DNA of 64,000 nucleotides from the human T2T-CHM13v2.0 reference genome, Homo sapiens: NCBI RefSeq assembly GCF_009914755.1, contig NC_060937.1; one strand, 5' to 3'. Shown piece by piece: positions 14,181 to 25,184 of this stretch (position 1 is its first letter; each line of letters starts with the position of its first letter). The notes under the pieces were generated by a model. It saw only the letters and a program-made list of their open reading frames with translations, ran no database searches and was not told where the DNA came from. The position numbers and the translations under genes were made by a program.

Positions 14181-14384
14181 TATGAAATTCCAGGGCTGCC
14201 TGCATGAAAAATATGGCAAAGCACATTTGAATAATCTGTTCACCCATTCATTCACTCATAAATATAATAAGCATTTATGAAGTTGCTTAGTGTGTGCCAA
14301 ACTTCAGATCAGTAATCATGTCTTAGAAAATGAAGACAGCATTACTTTACATCAATACTTTGCAAGTGCTTCTTTTCATGATTT

Positions 14385-14525
14385 CTAGCACTAATGCACA
14401 CATTTTGCAGATGAGAAAATGTGAACAATTAAGAGGTCAAATGACTTGCCTAAAGTCACAGCACAAACAACTTGCCGGACAGTGATTAGAAGACAGAGAC
14501 TTTATATTTCAAATGTATTGCCTCT
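14385..14525 (-). mobile_element. MIR SINE
   Basis: cattttgcagatgagaaaa...gaggtcaaatgacttgcctaaagtcacagc. Confidence 0.75.
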
Positions 14526-15236
14526 GGCTAACTAATAATTAAGGTTGAATTTGCCTGATATGATTTTTAGAAACAATTTTCTTCTAAGGCACAGAAGACC
14601 AGATTTCTGCACAAGTGTAAAGCTGATAATGCCTGCCCTTTTCTGGGATTATTCTCCTGTGGTATGATGCACAAAACATTTAATGCTAATTACTCATTTC
14701 TTAAACTTATTATCAGATGATGTCCTTGGTTTAGAAAAGGCCTTTTTGCCTTTTAAAATACACTATTCCAAATCAGCACAAAAGCAGTGACACTGAGGCA
14801 TCCTGGCTTCCTTAATAAACATCAGCTATCTGGGACTGTCTTCTTACCTCCTAGACTAAAAGTGCTTATAAAATTGGATTCAAGACCATCACATACCAGA
14901 GAATGGAGCTGCAGGAATCCCAATCAGATAATGATAACATTAAGAGGAGACAACTAATTTGAATTCTAAAAGCATGGGAAATGCTCAGGTCAAATTATAT
15001 TGCACATAGAACTAAGCCAAGGGATATATCAAAGAGTGAGAAGGTTTGGGAAAAATGGTCAACTGTCGCAACTCATCCAGGACCACCATCTGTTACTGCC
15101 TGATGTTGGTCACTGGATAAAGAATTCAAATCCTCTGGGCTTGGTGAACATCGTCTTGCCAGTTCTAGGCCTCATGGATAGTAGCCATCTAGTCCAGCGA
15201 ATTGTGTTGGAAGCTGGCCTCTCTGGTGTTGTTTAG

Positions 15237-15267
15237 TGGAACAATAGCACAATTCCCTTGATTTATA
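15237..15267 (-). promoter_or_regulatory. Candidate TATA core promoter
   Basis: TATAAAT on minus strand (15267-15261), a CCA+1CT initiator-like site 30 nt downstream (15237) and an ATG at 15188. Confidence 0.4.
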
Positions 15268-15727
15268 CATCCTCTGAGGGGGACACAACCTGACATCCTT
15301 TTTGTTGTCACAAACTGCTGTAAATTGTAAATCAGGTGACAGCCACACTCTTCTATTTAATGGACTTCCTCCCTATTTTTTTGGAACAGCTTTTCTTTGC
15401 CCATTGTCCTGATTTTACAATCTTCTGAAGCAACCCTTTGAGGCATAGGGATTTTCTGAGTAAATGAGTCAGGTCTCGGTATTGAGCAATGGCTGCTACA
15501 AGGAAACCTTGAGGCCCCATTGCAAATGTCATGCTCCTCCTTAACCAGAGCGTACCCAGGAGCAGATAGTAGCTAGCCACTAAAATTTCTTCAAGTCATA
15601 TATGAGCTTGAGAATTACGTTAGCAACAATTCAAAGTTGCCCACTCTTTATTCTGAAAATTAAAAAAATGTGTATCTGATGATTACAGGACCATGAATGG
15701 CTTTTGGGGAGTCCATAAACCCCTGAA

Positions 15728-16679
15728 GAATTTTTAAACTTTCATTTTATTGTGGTAAGAACACCTAACATATGATCACCCTCTTAAATTTTAAGTGTAC
15801 AATAATGTCTTATTATCCAAAGGAACAATGAAGATCTCGAGAACTTATTCATCTTGCATAATTGAGATTTTATGTCCATGGATTAGCAGCTTCCTATTTC
15901 TCTTCCCCTCTACCCCCTGGCAACCACCCATTCTACTCCCAGATTGTGAGTTTGACTATTTTAGATACTTCATGTAAGCAGAATCATGATTGTACACTGA
16001 AGACTACAAAACATTGATGAAAGAAATTAGACACAAATAAATGGAAAGACATCCATGGCCATGGATTGGAAGATATAATATTGTTAAGATGTCTATACTA
16101 CCCAAAGTGATCTACAGATTCAGTGGATTCCTATCAAACTCTCTATGACTTTTTTTTCACAGAAATAGAAAAAAAATCCCAAATTTTATATGGAGTCACA
16201 AAGGACCCCAAAAAACCAAATCAATCTTTGAAAGAAGAACAAAGCTGGAAGCATCACACTTTCTAATTTCAAAATATATTCCAAATGATGGCAATGAAAA
16301 TAGTGTGATATGGGCATAAAGGCAGACATACACACCAATGCAACAGAGGAAAGAGCCCAGAAATCAACCCACATGTGTATGAACAACTGATCTTTGACAA
16401 GGGTTTCAAAAATACACAATGGAGAAAGGATAGTCTCTTCAACAAATGGTATTAGAAAAGCCAGATATCCTCATACAAAAGAATTATAGTGGACCCTTAT
16501 CTTACACCATAAGCAAAAATCAACTCAAAATGGATTACACTTAATGTAAGACCTAAAGCTATGAAACTCCCAGAAGAAAGCAGAGGGAAAATTCTCCATG
16601 ACATTGGTCCTGGCAGTGATTTTATGGTTATGACACTGAAAGCACAGGTAACAAAAGCAAAAATAGACACATGGGAAAA
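15728..16679 (-). mobile_element. L1 (L1MA/MB-type) with 5' inversion (twin priming)
   Basis: Antisense 3'UTR ~15728-15989 joined to a sense ORF2 piece ~15990-16679; perfect 14-bp TSD cataaacccctgaa at 15714-15727 and 16680-16693. Confidence 0.88.
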
Positions 16680-16911
16680 CATAAACCCCTGAACTTTAAG
16701 CATAACCTCCTCTGCATTTTTCTGAGATGAAGGTTCCTATCTTTAAACTGATTCTAAAAAAATGTCTGGAAATCTGTTGTACTGTAGTATGCCTGCTTAA
16801 CTGTGCACCTTGGATCCTCCCTTAGCAAAATTTGATACACAATATATTATTAGACAAGGGGAATAAAATGTGAGTGCCAGCCCATTATTTACATTTGTTT
16901 GTATCTCATCA

Positions 16912-19900
16912 TTTTTATTATTTATTATGATCTTTAATTGACACATAGTAATTGTATGCATTTATGGAATACAGTGTGATATTTTGATATGCATATACAA
17001 TTGTGTAATAATCAAATCAGAATAATTATCATATCCATTACTTCAAACATTTATCATTTTTTGTGTTGAGAATATTCAAAATCATCTCTTCTAGCTATTT
17101 AAAAATATACAATAAATTAATTATAGCCATCCTAAAGTGCTATAAAACATTAGAATTTATTCCTCCTGTCTAGCTGCACATTTATATTAACATGAATTAA
17201 TCATCCTCTGGCCATCTCCCCCACCCTCCTAACTGTCACCACCTCTGGTAACCGCTATTCTACTCTCTACTTCTACGAGACCAAAATTGTTAGCTTCCCC
17301 ATATGAGTGAAACCATGTGGTATTTATAATTATGTGCATGGTTTATTTCATTTAACATAATGTCCTCCAGGCTCATCCATGTTGCCACAAATGGCAGAAT
17401 TTCATTCTCTATTATGGCTGAGTAGTATTCCCTCATGTATATATCACATTTTCTTTATCCACTCATCTGTTGATGGACACATGAGTTGATTCCATATCTT
17501 AGCTATTGTTACTAGTGCTGCAATAAACATAAGAGTGCAGATATCTCTTCAACATAGTGGTTTCCTTCCCTTTGGCTATATTTCAATAGTGGGATTCCTG
17601 GATCATATGGTAGTTCTAGTTTTAGTTTTTTGAGACTGCTTTCCATAATACCTGTAGTAATTTCCACTAGCAGTGTATAAGATACATTTCCACTAACAGT
17701 GTATAAAAGTTCTCTTTTCTCTAAATCATCACCAACATTTGTTATTTTCTGTCTTTTTGATAATACCCATTCTAACTGGGTTGAGATGATATCTCATTGT
17801 GATTTTGATTTGCGTTTTCCTGATGATTAGTAGTGCTGAGCATTTTTTCCCATATGCTCCTTGACCATTTCATTTGTGTGTCTTCTATTGAGAAATATCT
17901 ATTCAGATCACTTGCCCATTTTTAAATGGAAATTGTTGTTGTTGTTGCTGCTGCTGCTGTTTGAGCTTGTGTATTTTGGACATTAATTCCTTGTTGGATG
18001 AATAGTACGCAAATGCTTTCCCCCATTCTGCAGGTTGTCCCTTCGCTCTGTTGATTGCTTTCTTTGTTGTGCAGAAGACTTTTAGTTTGATAAAATTGCT
18101 GTTGTTTCTTTTTGCTTTTGCTGTCTGTGCTTTTGAGGTCTTATCCAAAAAATCTTTACCCAGACCAATATCTTGAAACACTTTCCCTATATTTTCTTCT
18201 AGTAGTTTCATAGTTTCAGGTCTTACATTCAAACATTTAATCCATTTTGAGTTGATTTTTGTATATGATGAGAGACAGGTATTCATTTCATTCTTCTGCA
18301 TATGGATATCCAATTTTCCCAGCATCATTTATTAAAGAAGCTATACTTTCCACATTATGTATTCATGGTGCCTTTGTAAAAGAAAATCAGTTCATTATAA
18401 ATGCATAGATTTATTTCTGGATTTTCTATTCTTTTCCATTCTTCTATGTGTCTGTTTTTATGCCAGTGCCATGCTGTTTTGGTTACTATAGCTCTGTAGT
18501 ATATTTGAAGTCAGGTAGTGTGATGACTTTTTGCTTTGTTCTTTTTGCTCAGGATTTACTTGGTGATTCCAGATCTTTAGTGGTTCTATATGAATTTTAG
18601 GATTTTTTTTTCAATTTCTGTAAAAAATGTCACTGGTATTTTGACAGCGATTACATCTAATTTGTAGATCACTTTAAATAGTATGGACATTTTCACAATA
18701 CTAATTCTTCCAATTCATCAGCTTGGGATATATTTCCATTTTTGTGTGTCCCCTTCAATTTCTTTCATCAGTGTTTCATAGTTTCCATTGTAGAGATCTT
18801 TCACTTCTTTGAATAAATTTATTCCTAGATATTTTTTTCCTTTGGTAGCTATTGTAAATAGCATTGCTTTCTTAGCATTTTTTTTAGTTACTTCATTATT
18901 GGTATATAGAAACACTACTGATTTTTGTACATTGATTTTGTATTCTGCAACTTTATTAAATTCATTTATCAGTTCTAAGAGTCTTTTGTAGAGTCTCTAA
19001 GTTTTTCCACATATGAGATCACATCATCTGCAAACAGGGACAACTTGACTTCTTCCTTTCCAGTTTGGATGCTCTTTCTTTCTTTCTCTTTCCTAATTGC
19101 TCCGAATAGGATTGCCACCACTATGTTGAATAAAAGTGGGAATCCTTGTCTTGTTTCAGTTCTTAGAGGAAAAACCAAAAGCTTTATTTTTTCCCCTGTT
19201 CAGTAAGATGCCAGTTGTGGTTTGTCATATACGGGCTTTATTATGTTGAGGATTTTTCTTTCTATACCTAATTTGTTGAGAATTTTTATCATAAAGGGAT
19301 ATTGAATTTTATTTGTGTCTATTGAGGTAATCATATGACTTTTGTTCTCTATTCTGTTGATGTGATGTATCACAATTATTGATTTGCATATATTGAGTCA
19401 TATTTGAATCCCTGGGATAAATCCCACTTGATCATGGTGTATAATCTTTTTGCTATGCTGTTGGATTTGGTTTGCTAGTATTTTACTGAGGATTTTTGAA
19501 TTACTTTACATCAGGAATATTGGCCTAATGTTTTTCTGTTGTTATTGTGTCCTTATCTGGTTTTAGTATCAGTAGGATTGATGTGGAAGAATTCTCTTCC
19601 CTTCAATTTTTTTTTTTTTTTTTTTGGAATATTTTGAGGGGACTGGTGTTAGTTCTTCCTCAAAAGTTTGGTAGAATTCAGCGGTAAAACCTTCCAGTCC
19701 TGAGTTTTTCTTTTTTGGGAGAATTTTTATTGCTGATTCATTTTCAGTACCTTTTATTGGTCTGTTCAGGTTTTCTGTTTTTTCTTGGTTCAATCTTGGT
19801 AGATTTTATGGGTCCAGAAATTTATCAGTTTTCTTCAGTTTCTCCAATTTGTTGGTATATAGTTGTTCATACTAGTGGTGTTTTATATTTCTATGCTCTC

Positions 19901-22900
19901 AGTTGTAATGTCTCTTTTGTTGTTTCTGATTTTATTTGAGTCTTCTCTCTTTTTCATAATTATTCTAGCTAATAATTTGTTGATTTTAGTTATCCTTTCA
20001 AAAAACTAGCTTTTGATTTTGTTGATCTTTTATACTTTTAAAGTCTCTATTTTATTTATTTCTGTTCTGATCACTATTATTTCTTTTTTTATTTACTTAT
20101 TCTCATTCTATCACCCAGTCTGGAGTGCAGTGGTGTGATCATAACTCACTGTAACCTGGAATGCCTCAGTTCAAGTCATCCTCCTGCCTCAGCCTCCTGA
20201 GTACAGGTGTGCCCCACCATGCCAGGCTAATTCTTTTTATTTTTTGTAGATATGGGGTCTTGCTGTGTTGCCCAGATTGGTCTTGAACTCCTGGCCTCAA
20301 GCAATTCTCCTGTCCCAGCCACCAAAATAACTGGGATTACAGGCATGAACCATTGTATCTGGCCTACTATTTCTTTTCTTCTACTAATTTTGGGTTTGTT
20401 TCTTATTTTTTTAGTTTTTTGAGATGCATCATTAAGTTTTTATTTGAAGTCTTTCCACTTTTCAATGTAGATGCTAACTGCTATAAACTTTGTTCTTAGT
20501 ATTGCTTTTGCTGTATCACATGGGTTTTGGATGTTGTGTTTCTATTTTCATTTGTTTCAAGACATTTTTAAGTTTCCTTAATTTTTTCATTGACCCATTG
20601 GTCATTCAGCAGCATGTTATTTAATTTTTATGTATTTGTACAGTTTCCAAAGTTCATCTTATTATTGATCTCTAGTTATATTCCATTGTGATCAGGAAAG
20701 ATACTTGATATTCTGTTGATTTTTAAAAATTTGTTGAGACTTGTTTTGTGGCTAACATGTGGTCTATTTTGGAGAATTTTCCATGTGCTGATGAGAAGAA
20801 TGTGTTTTTTGTGGTTGTTGGATAAAATGTTCTATAAATATCTGTTAGGTCCATTTGGTCTACTGTGTAGTTTAAATCCAATTTTTTTGTTGACTTTTCC
20901 TGTCTAGATGATCTGTCTAATACCGAAGGCGGGGTGTTGAAATTCCCAGATATTACTGTATTAGGGTCTATCTCCCTCCTTTTAGATCTAATAATACTTG
21001 CTGTATATGTCTGGGTGCTCCAGTGTTGGGCACATATATATTTAGAATTGTTATATCCTCTTGCTAAGTTGATCCCTTTATCAACTTATATTGTTGATAA
21101 ACAATTATATTGTGACCTTATGTTGATAAACATTATATTGTGACCTTACGCATCTTTTTTTTAACAGCTTTTGATTTAAAGTCTGTTTTATCTGATATAA
21201 ACATAGTTACTTGCTTTTAGTTTCTGTTTGCATGGAATATGTTTTTTCATCCACTTTGAGTCTATGTGTTTCTTTACAGGTGAAGTGAGTTCCTTGTAGG
21301 CACACATATAGTTGAGTCTTGTATTTTTATTCATTCAGCCAGCCTGTATCTTTTAATTGGATAATGTAATCCACTTACACTCAAGGTTATTACTGATAGC
21401 TGAAGACTCAAGCCCATCACTTTGTTAATTGTTTTCCCTTGTATATTTGTATATTCTTTGTTCCGTTCTTCCTCTCTTGTTGTTTATGTTTGCAGTTTAG
21501 TGATTTTCTGAAGTGATAATGTTTGATTCCTTTCTCTTTCTCATTTGTATATATGCTCTACCAGGAAGTTTTACTCTTTCATATGTTTTCATGATGGTAG
21601 TTACTGTCCTTTTGCTTCCAGATATAGGACTCCCTTAAGCATTTCTTCTAAGGCTGGCCTAGTGGTGATAAAGTTCCTTAGGTTCTACTTGTCTGGGAAG
21701 GACTATTTCTACTTCATTTCTGAAGGATAATTTTGCTGGGTAGAGAATTCTTGACTGGCAGTTTTCTCTTTCAGCACTTTGAGTATATTATCCCATTCTC
21801 TTCTTGTCTGTAAGGTTTCTACTCAGAAATCTGCTGTTAGTCTATCAGGGATTCTCTTTTATATGTAACTTGATGCTTCTCTTTTGCTGTTTTGAGAATT
21901 ATCTCTGTCTGACTTTTTACTCTAATGTGTCATGAATGATTTATCTAATTTCATTAAATTGTCTATCCGTATTCTCTTGAATCTTGCTGAGTTTTCTTAA
22001 GATCATTATTTTGAATTCCTTTTCAAGCATTTTGTAGATTTCCTTCTCTTTGGGGTCTGTTACTGGAGAATTATTGTGTGTTTTTTTTGGAGGTTTCATG
22101 TTTCCTTACATTTTCATGGTTTTTGTGTGTCCCTACGTTGATATCTGCACATCTGGTAGAACAGTCACCCCTCCCAATTTTATGGAGTAGTATTTGTCAG
22201 AAAAGACTTCTTCCTCTTGATGTGTCCTATGAAATCATTGAGGTAGGATGCTTTGGCTTTGGTTCTGGGTGGGTGCAGTTGTATAATCTTTATGTGGTTT
22301 CTTCAGCCATAATTAATCTCAGCAATGTCTGTGAGTCCCTTAGTGGTCTAGACTTTGGGTGTTTGTGGAGGCAGTGGTGCAGCTTTAGTGGGGATAGAGG
22401 CCACCAGGTAGGGCAGTTATCAGTCCTTGGAGGGGTGCATGCCAGGAATGGCAGTTCTGCTGGTTGTGAGAGTGGCACTGCCAGCGGTAGGTGCTGGGTA
22501 GGCTAGTTCTCTGACCCTGGGAGGCATGCATGACATGCAGCAGCTCTGCCTGTTGAGGCACCTGGGCAGTTTGTTCTCAGGTCCTGGGAGTGTGCCTGCT
22601 GGCTTCCCTGCTCTTGGGGAGGCCTCCCTGCTGTGCTGTACTGCTTGTTCCTTGAGGTATAGAGCACTGTGTGGGCTCAGGTGCTGGGGTTACAGCTGTA
22701 CCACTGGGTCCAGTTGTGGATGTGGCATTGCTGCCTATTGTATGAGTGTGATGGGAAGAGGGAAGTGCTCCAGAGAAGTGGAGATGCAGAGGCTCTTGGG
22801 TCCCAGGGAAGGATGCACTGTAGCAGTGACTTTGTTCTCAAAGTAATACCATGCTCTAGCAGCTTGGGTCCCAGGGAGTTGGGGGATGACATAGCATTAG

Positions 22901-23277
22901 TTTCTTCTCTGGATTAATGCAGCCATGTGACTCCAGGCAGCTCTTTATAGGCTCAGAGCTTGTGAGAGTTATGACACTGTCCTGTAGCTAGGACTGCAGG
23001 CATCCATGGTAGTAATGGACACTGCTGGGGATATCCTGGGAATCTTTTCCCCACAATGGAGAGTCACTTCTGACTCCAGGCCAATCCCTTCCAGGCCCTT
23101 TGCTTTTTTCTCACCCCAAGTTGACATTCTTCAGAGAGTTTTGTCAATTCCTACTGAATTCCAGTGTTCTCGCCTTAGAAACTCTACTCAAAGTGCAGTT
23201 GTTTACTTTTTGTTTTGTTCTTGGAGGAGGCAAGCATTGGACACCTATAATCAGCTGTCTTGATGATGTCCCTGATT
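16912..23277 (-). mobile_element. Near-full-length decayed L1MA-type LINE
   Basis: 3'UTR at ~16912; ORF2 remnants in the ORF track (KLSLFADD at 18975-19178, GFTAEFYQTF at 19569-19793); ORF1 partly deleted; GC-richer 5' region ~22300-23277. Confidence 0.92.
20084..20364 (-). mobile_element. AluJ inserted in L1
   Basis: Divergent antisense Alu dimer; flanking repeat cta(t/c)tatttcttt. Confidence 0.93.
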
Positions 23278-24135
23278 TTTAGACAAATATAATTAACATA
23301 AAATGTTTCCATGCTGATAGAAAGAATAGGTATAAATAATCCAAATAAAGGTAAATAAAATGCTGATATTCTCCTGAATTTTTTCAGAAATTCACATTTA
23401 ATAAGGTTTACTGTTATAAACTCACATTGTTTCTTATTACATTCAGCACAATTCCATCTTATCTTGAACTTATCTTTAAAAGTCTGTGTTCTATCAGGTA
23501 ATTGAAACAGCAGGCCTTGTATCTTTATAAATAGCACACATAATTTATTGTGTTTACATAGTCAAGTGAAAATTACTCAATTCTTTTTCTTGGTATAATG
23601 AAGGTTTGAGTCACATCTACTGTTGTGGGACTCAACAGACTCTGTTACGGGAAAATAATCCAGAATGCATCATTGGAAAGAGGGTATTTAACAAGGTGGT
23701 CTTTCTGCCCATAATGTTGCTGTGAGAAGGTATACATTTCCTGACTATGACCACCTTCTTTTGCCAACAAGAGGTGATTTACTAAATGTCTGATTTTTTT
23801 TACATGAACTAATCTTCTACTGGAATTGAAGAACAAAGTGGATAGAATAAATACCCTTCTTGTCCTTTAAGATAAAAAATATCAGATCTTTTCAAAGTAA
23901 TTAATATAGTTTGCCTTGAACAATTCAAATCTATTTTTAAAAATTATTTATTTTTGTATTGTGCTTCTCTTTTTCATTTTAATTTGGTTTCCAGTAACTC
24001 CCTTTCTAGTGTATAATTCCACAATAGTCTTTCTCTTCATCTCAGTAAATGTGTGATCTGGGCAAATATTCCAAGATAGGGACAAAGCTAGAGAAGAGAA
24101 TTGAAGATTGTGCTTTATAAATGTCAATCTGTAGG

Positions 24136-24484
24136 GGCCGTGTGCGGTGGCTCACGCCTGTAATCCCAGCACTTTGGGAGGCTGAGGCGGGTGGATCACG
24201 AGGTCAGGAGATAGACACCAACCTTGCTAACTGGTGAAACCCTGTCTCTACTAAAAATACAGAAATAAAATTAGCCCAGCGTGGTGGCGGGCGCCTGTTG
24301 TCCCAGCTATTTGGGAGGCTGAGGCGGGAGAATGGCATGAAGGCGGAAGAATGGCGTGAACCCGGGAGGCGGAGCTTGCAGTGAGTGGAGATCACGCCAC
24401 TGCACTTCATCCAGCCTGGGCGACAGAGCGAGACTCCGTCACACACACACACACACACAAATTATTTAAAAAAAATAAAAAATA
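24136..24484 (+). mobile_element. AluY-like SINE
   Basis: Full dimer with gaatggcgtgaacccgggaggcggagcttgcag, (CA)n/A tail and an imperfect TSD (ataaatgtcaatctgt at 24117 / ataaatgtcagtccgt at 24485). Confidence 0.96.
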
Positions 24485-25184
24485 ATAAATGTCAGTCCGT
24501 GACCACATAGTTGAAAAAGGTGTCTGGGTCTTGGGTCTTGGGGAAAAAAAAGATGTCTTTATACTTTTGCAAGTTTGTTTTGTTATTTTTAATTTGCTTT
24601 CTCAATATAGACTCTTGAAACACTAACCTTGACCATATCGAAACTACGAGAAAAAAAGATTCTCCCACACTCTGTCAGAATAGTTATATAATTTATTGTC
24701 AGATGATAGGTGATAGCAGGTACCATCAGCTCCAGAATGGGAGGAGAGCCAGTAGAATCACACTGGTGGTGGGGATGGTGGAAAAAAGAAAGTGGGAAAG
24801 CCAGAATTAACTTAGGCAGATGCAGCTGGGGGCATGAGAACTTTCTTTAATCTTCGAGTGCAGCCTATCTCTAAATGATGTCTGCCCTTCCTCCTTCCCC
24901 AGCTCATTAAAAATAGTTCACATCATGCATTATTGGAGGCTTCACCCTTAACAGGACTAGACATCCAGATGGCATTGGGCAGCATCTTCCTGCATTTCGG
25001 TTTTCAATGTGCTCCATTTACACTGCTTCTACAAATTTAGCATAATTTTAGGGTGTAGGATAAGAGTTGTTTGTTTATGTTTTCCTTTATGCAATCATCT
25101 TTCTTTCCTTCATATCTTCTAATTTATCTGCCTCTTAGATTTCTATCCATGATTTCCCTTTCATGATTCTATTTACATAGATTT

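Larger units (their letters stand above)
12849..15188 (-). pseudogene. Candidate decayed 3-exon protein-coding gene, possibly an ADP-ribosyltransferase toxin-like fold
   Basis: Exon 1 15188-15077 (ATG; donor degraded to ATGAGT), exon 2 13769-13392 (tacag/gtaagg, 378 nt), exon 3 12988-12849 (tttcaacag acceptor, TGA). All junctions are phase 1 and join into a 630-nt frame with 5 internal stops. The sequence is non-repetitive by eye. Confidence 0.55.

Noticed and set aside
15000-15236. Plus-strand 78-aa ORF
   Set aside because: Non-ATG start; better explained as the antisense shadow of the minus-strand candidate exon 1.
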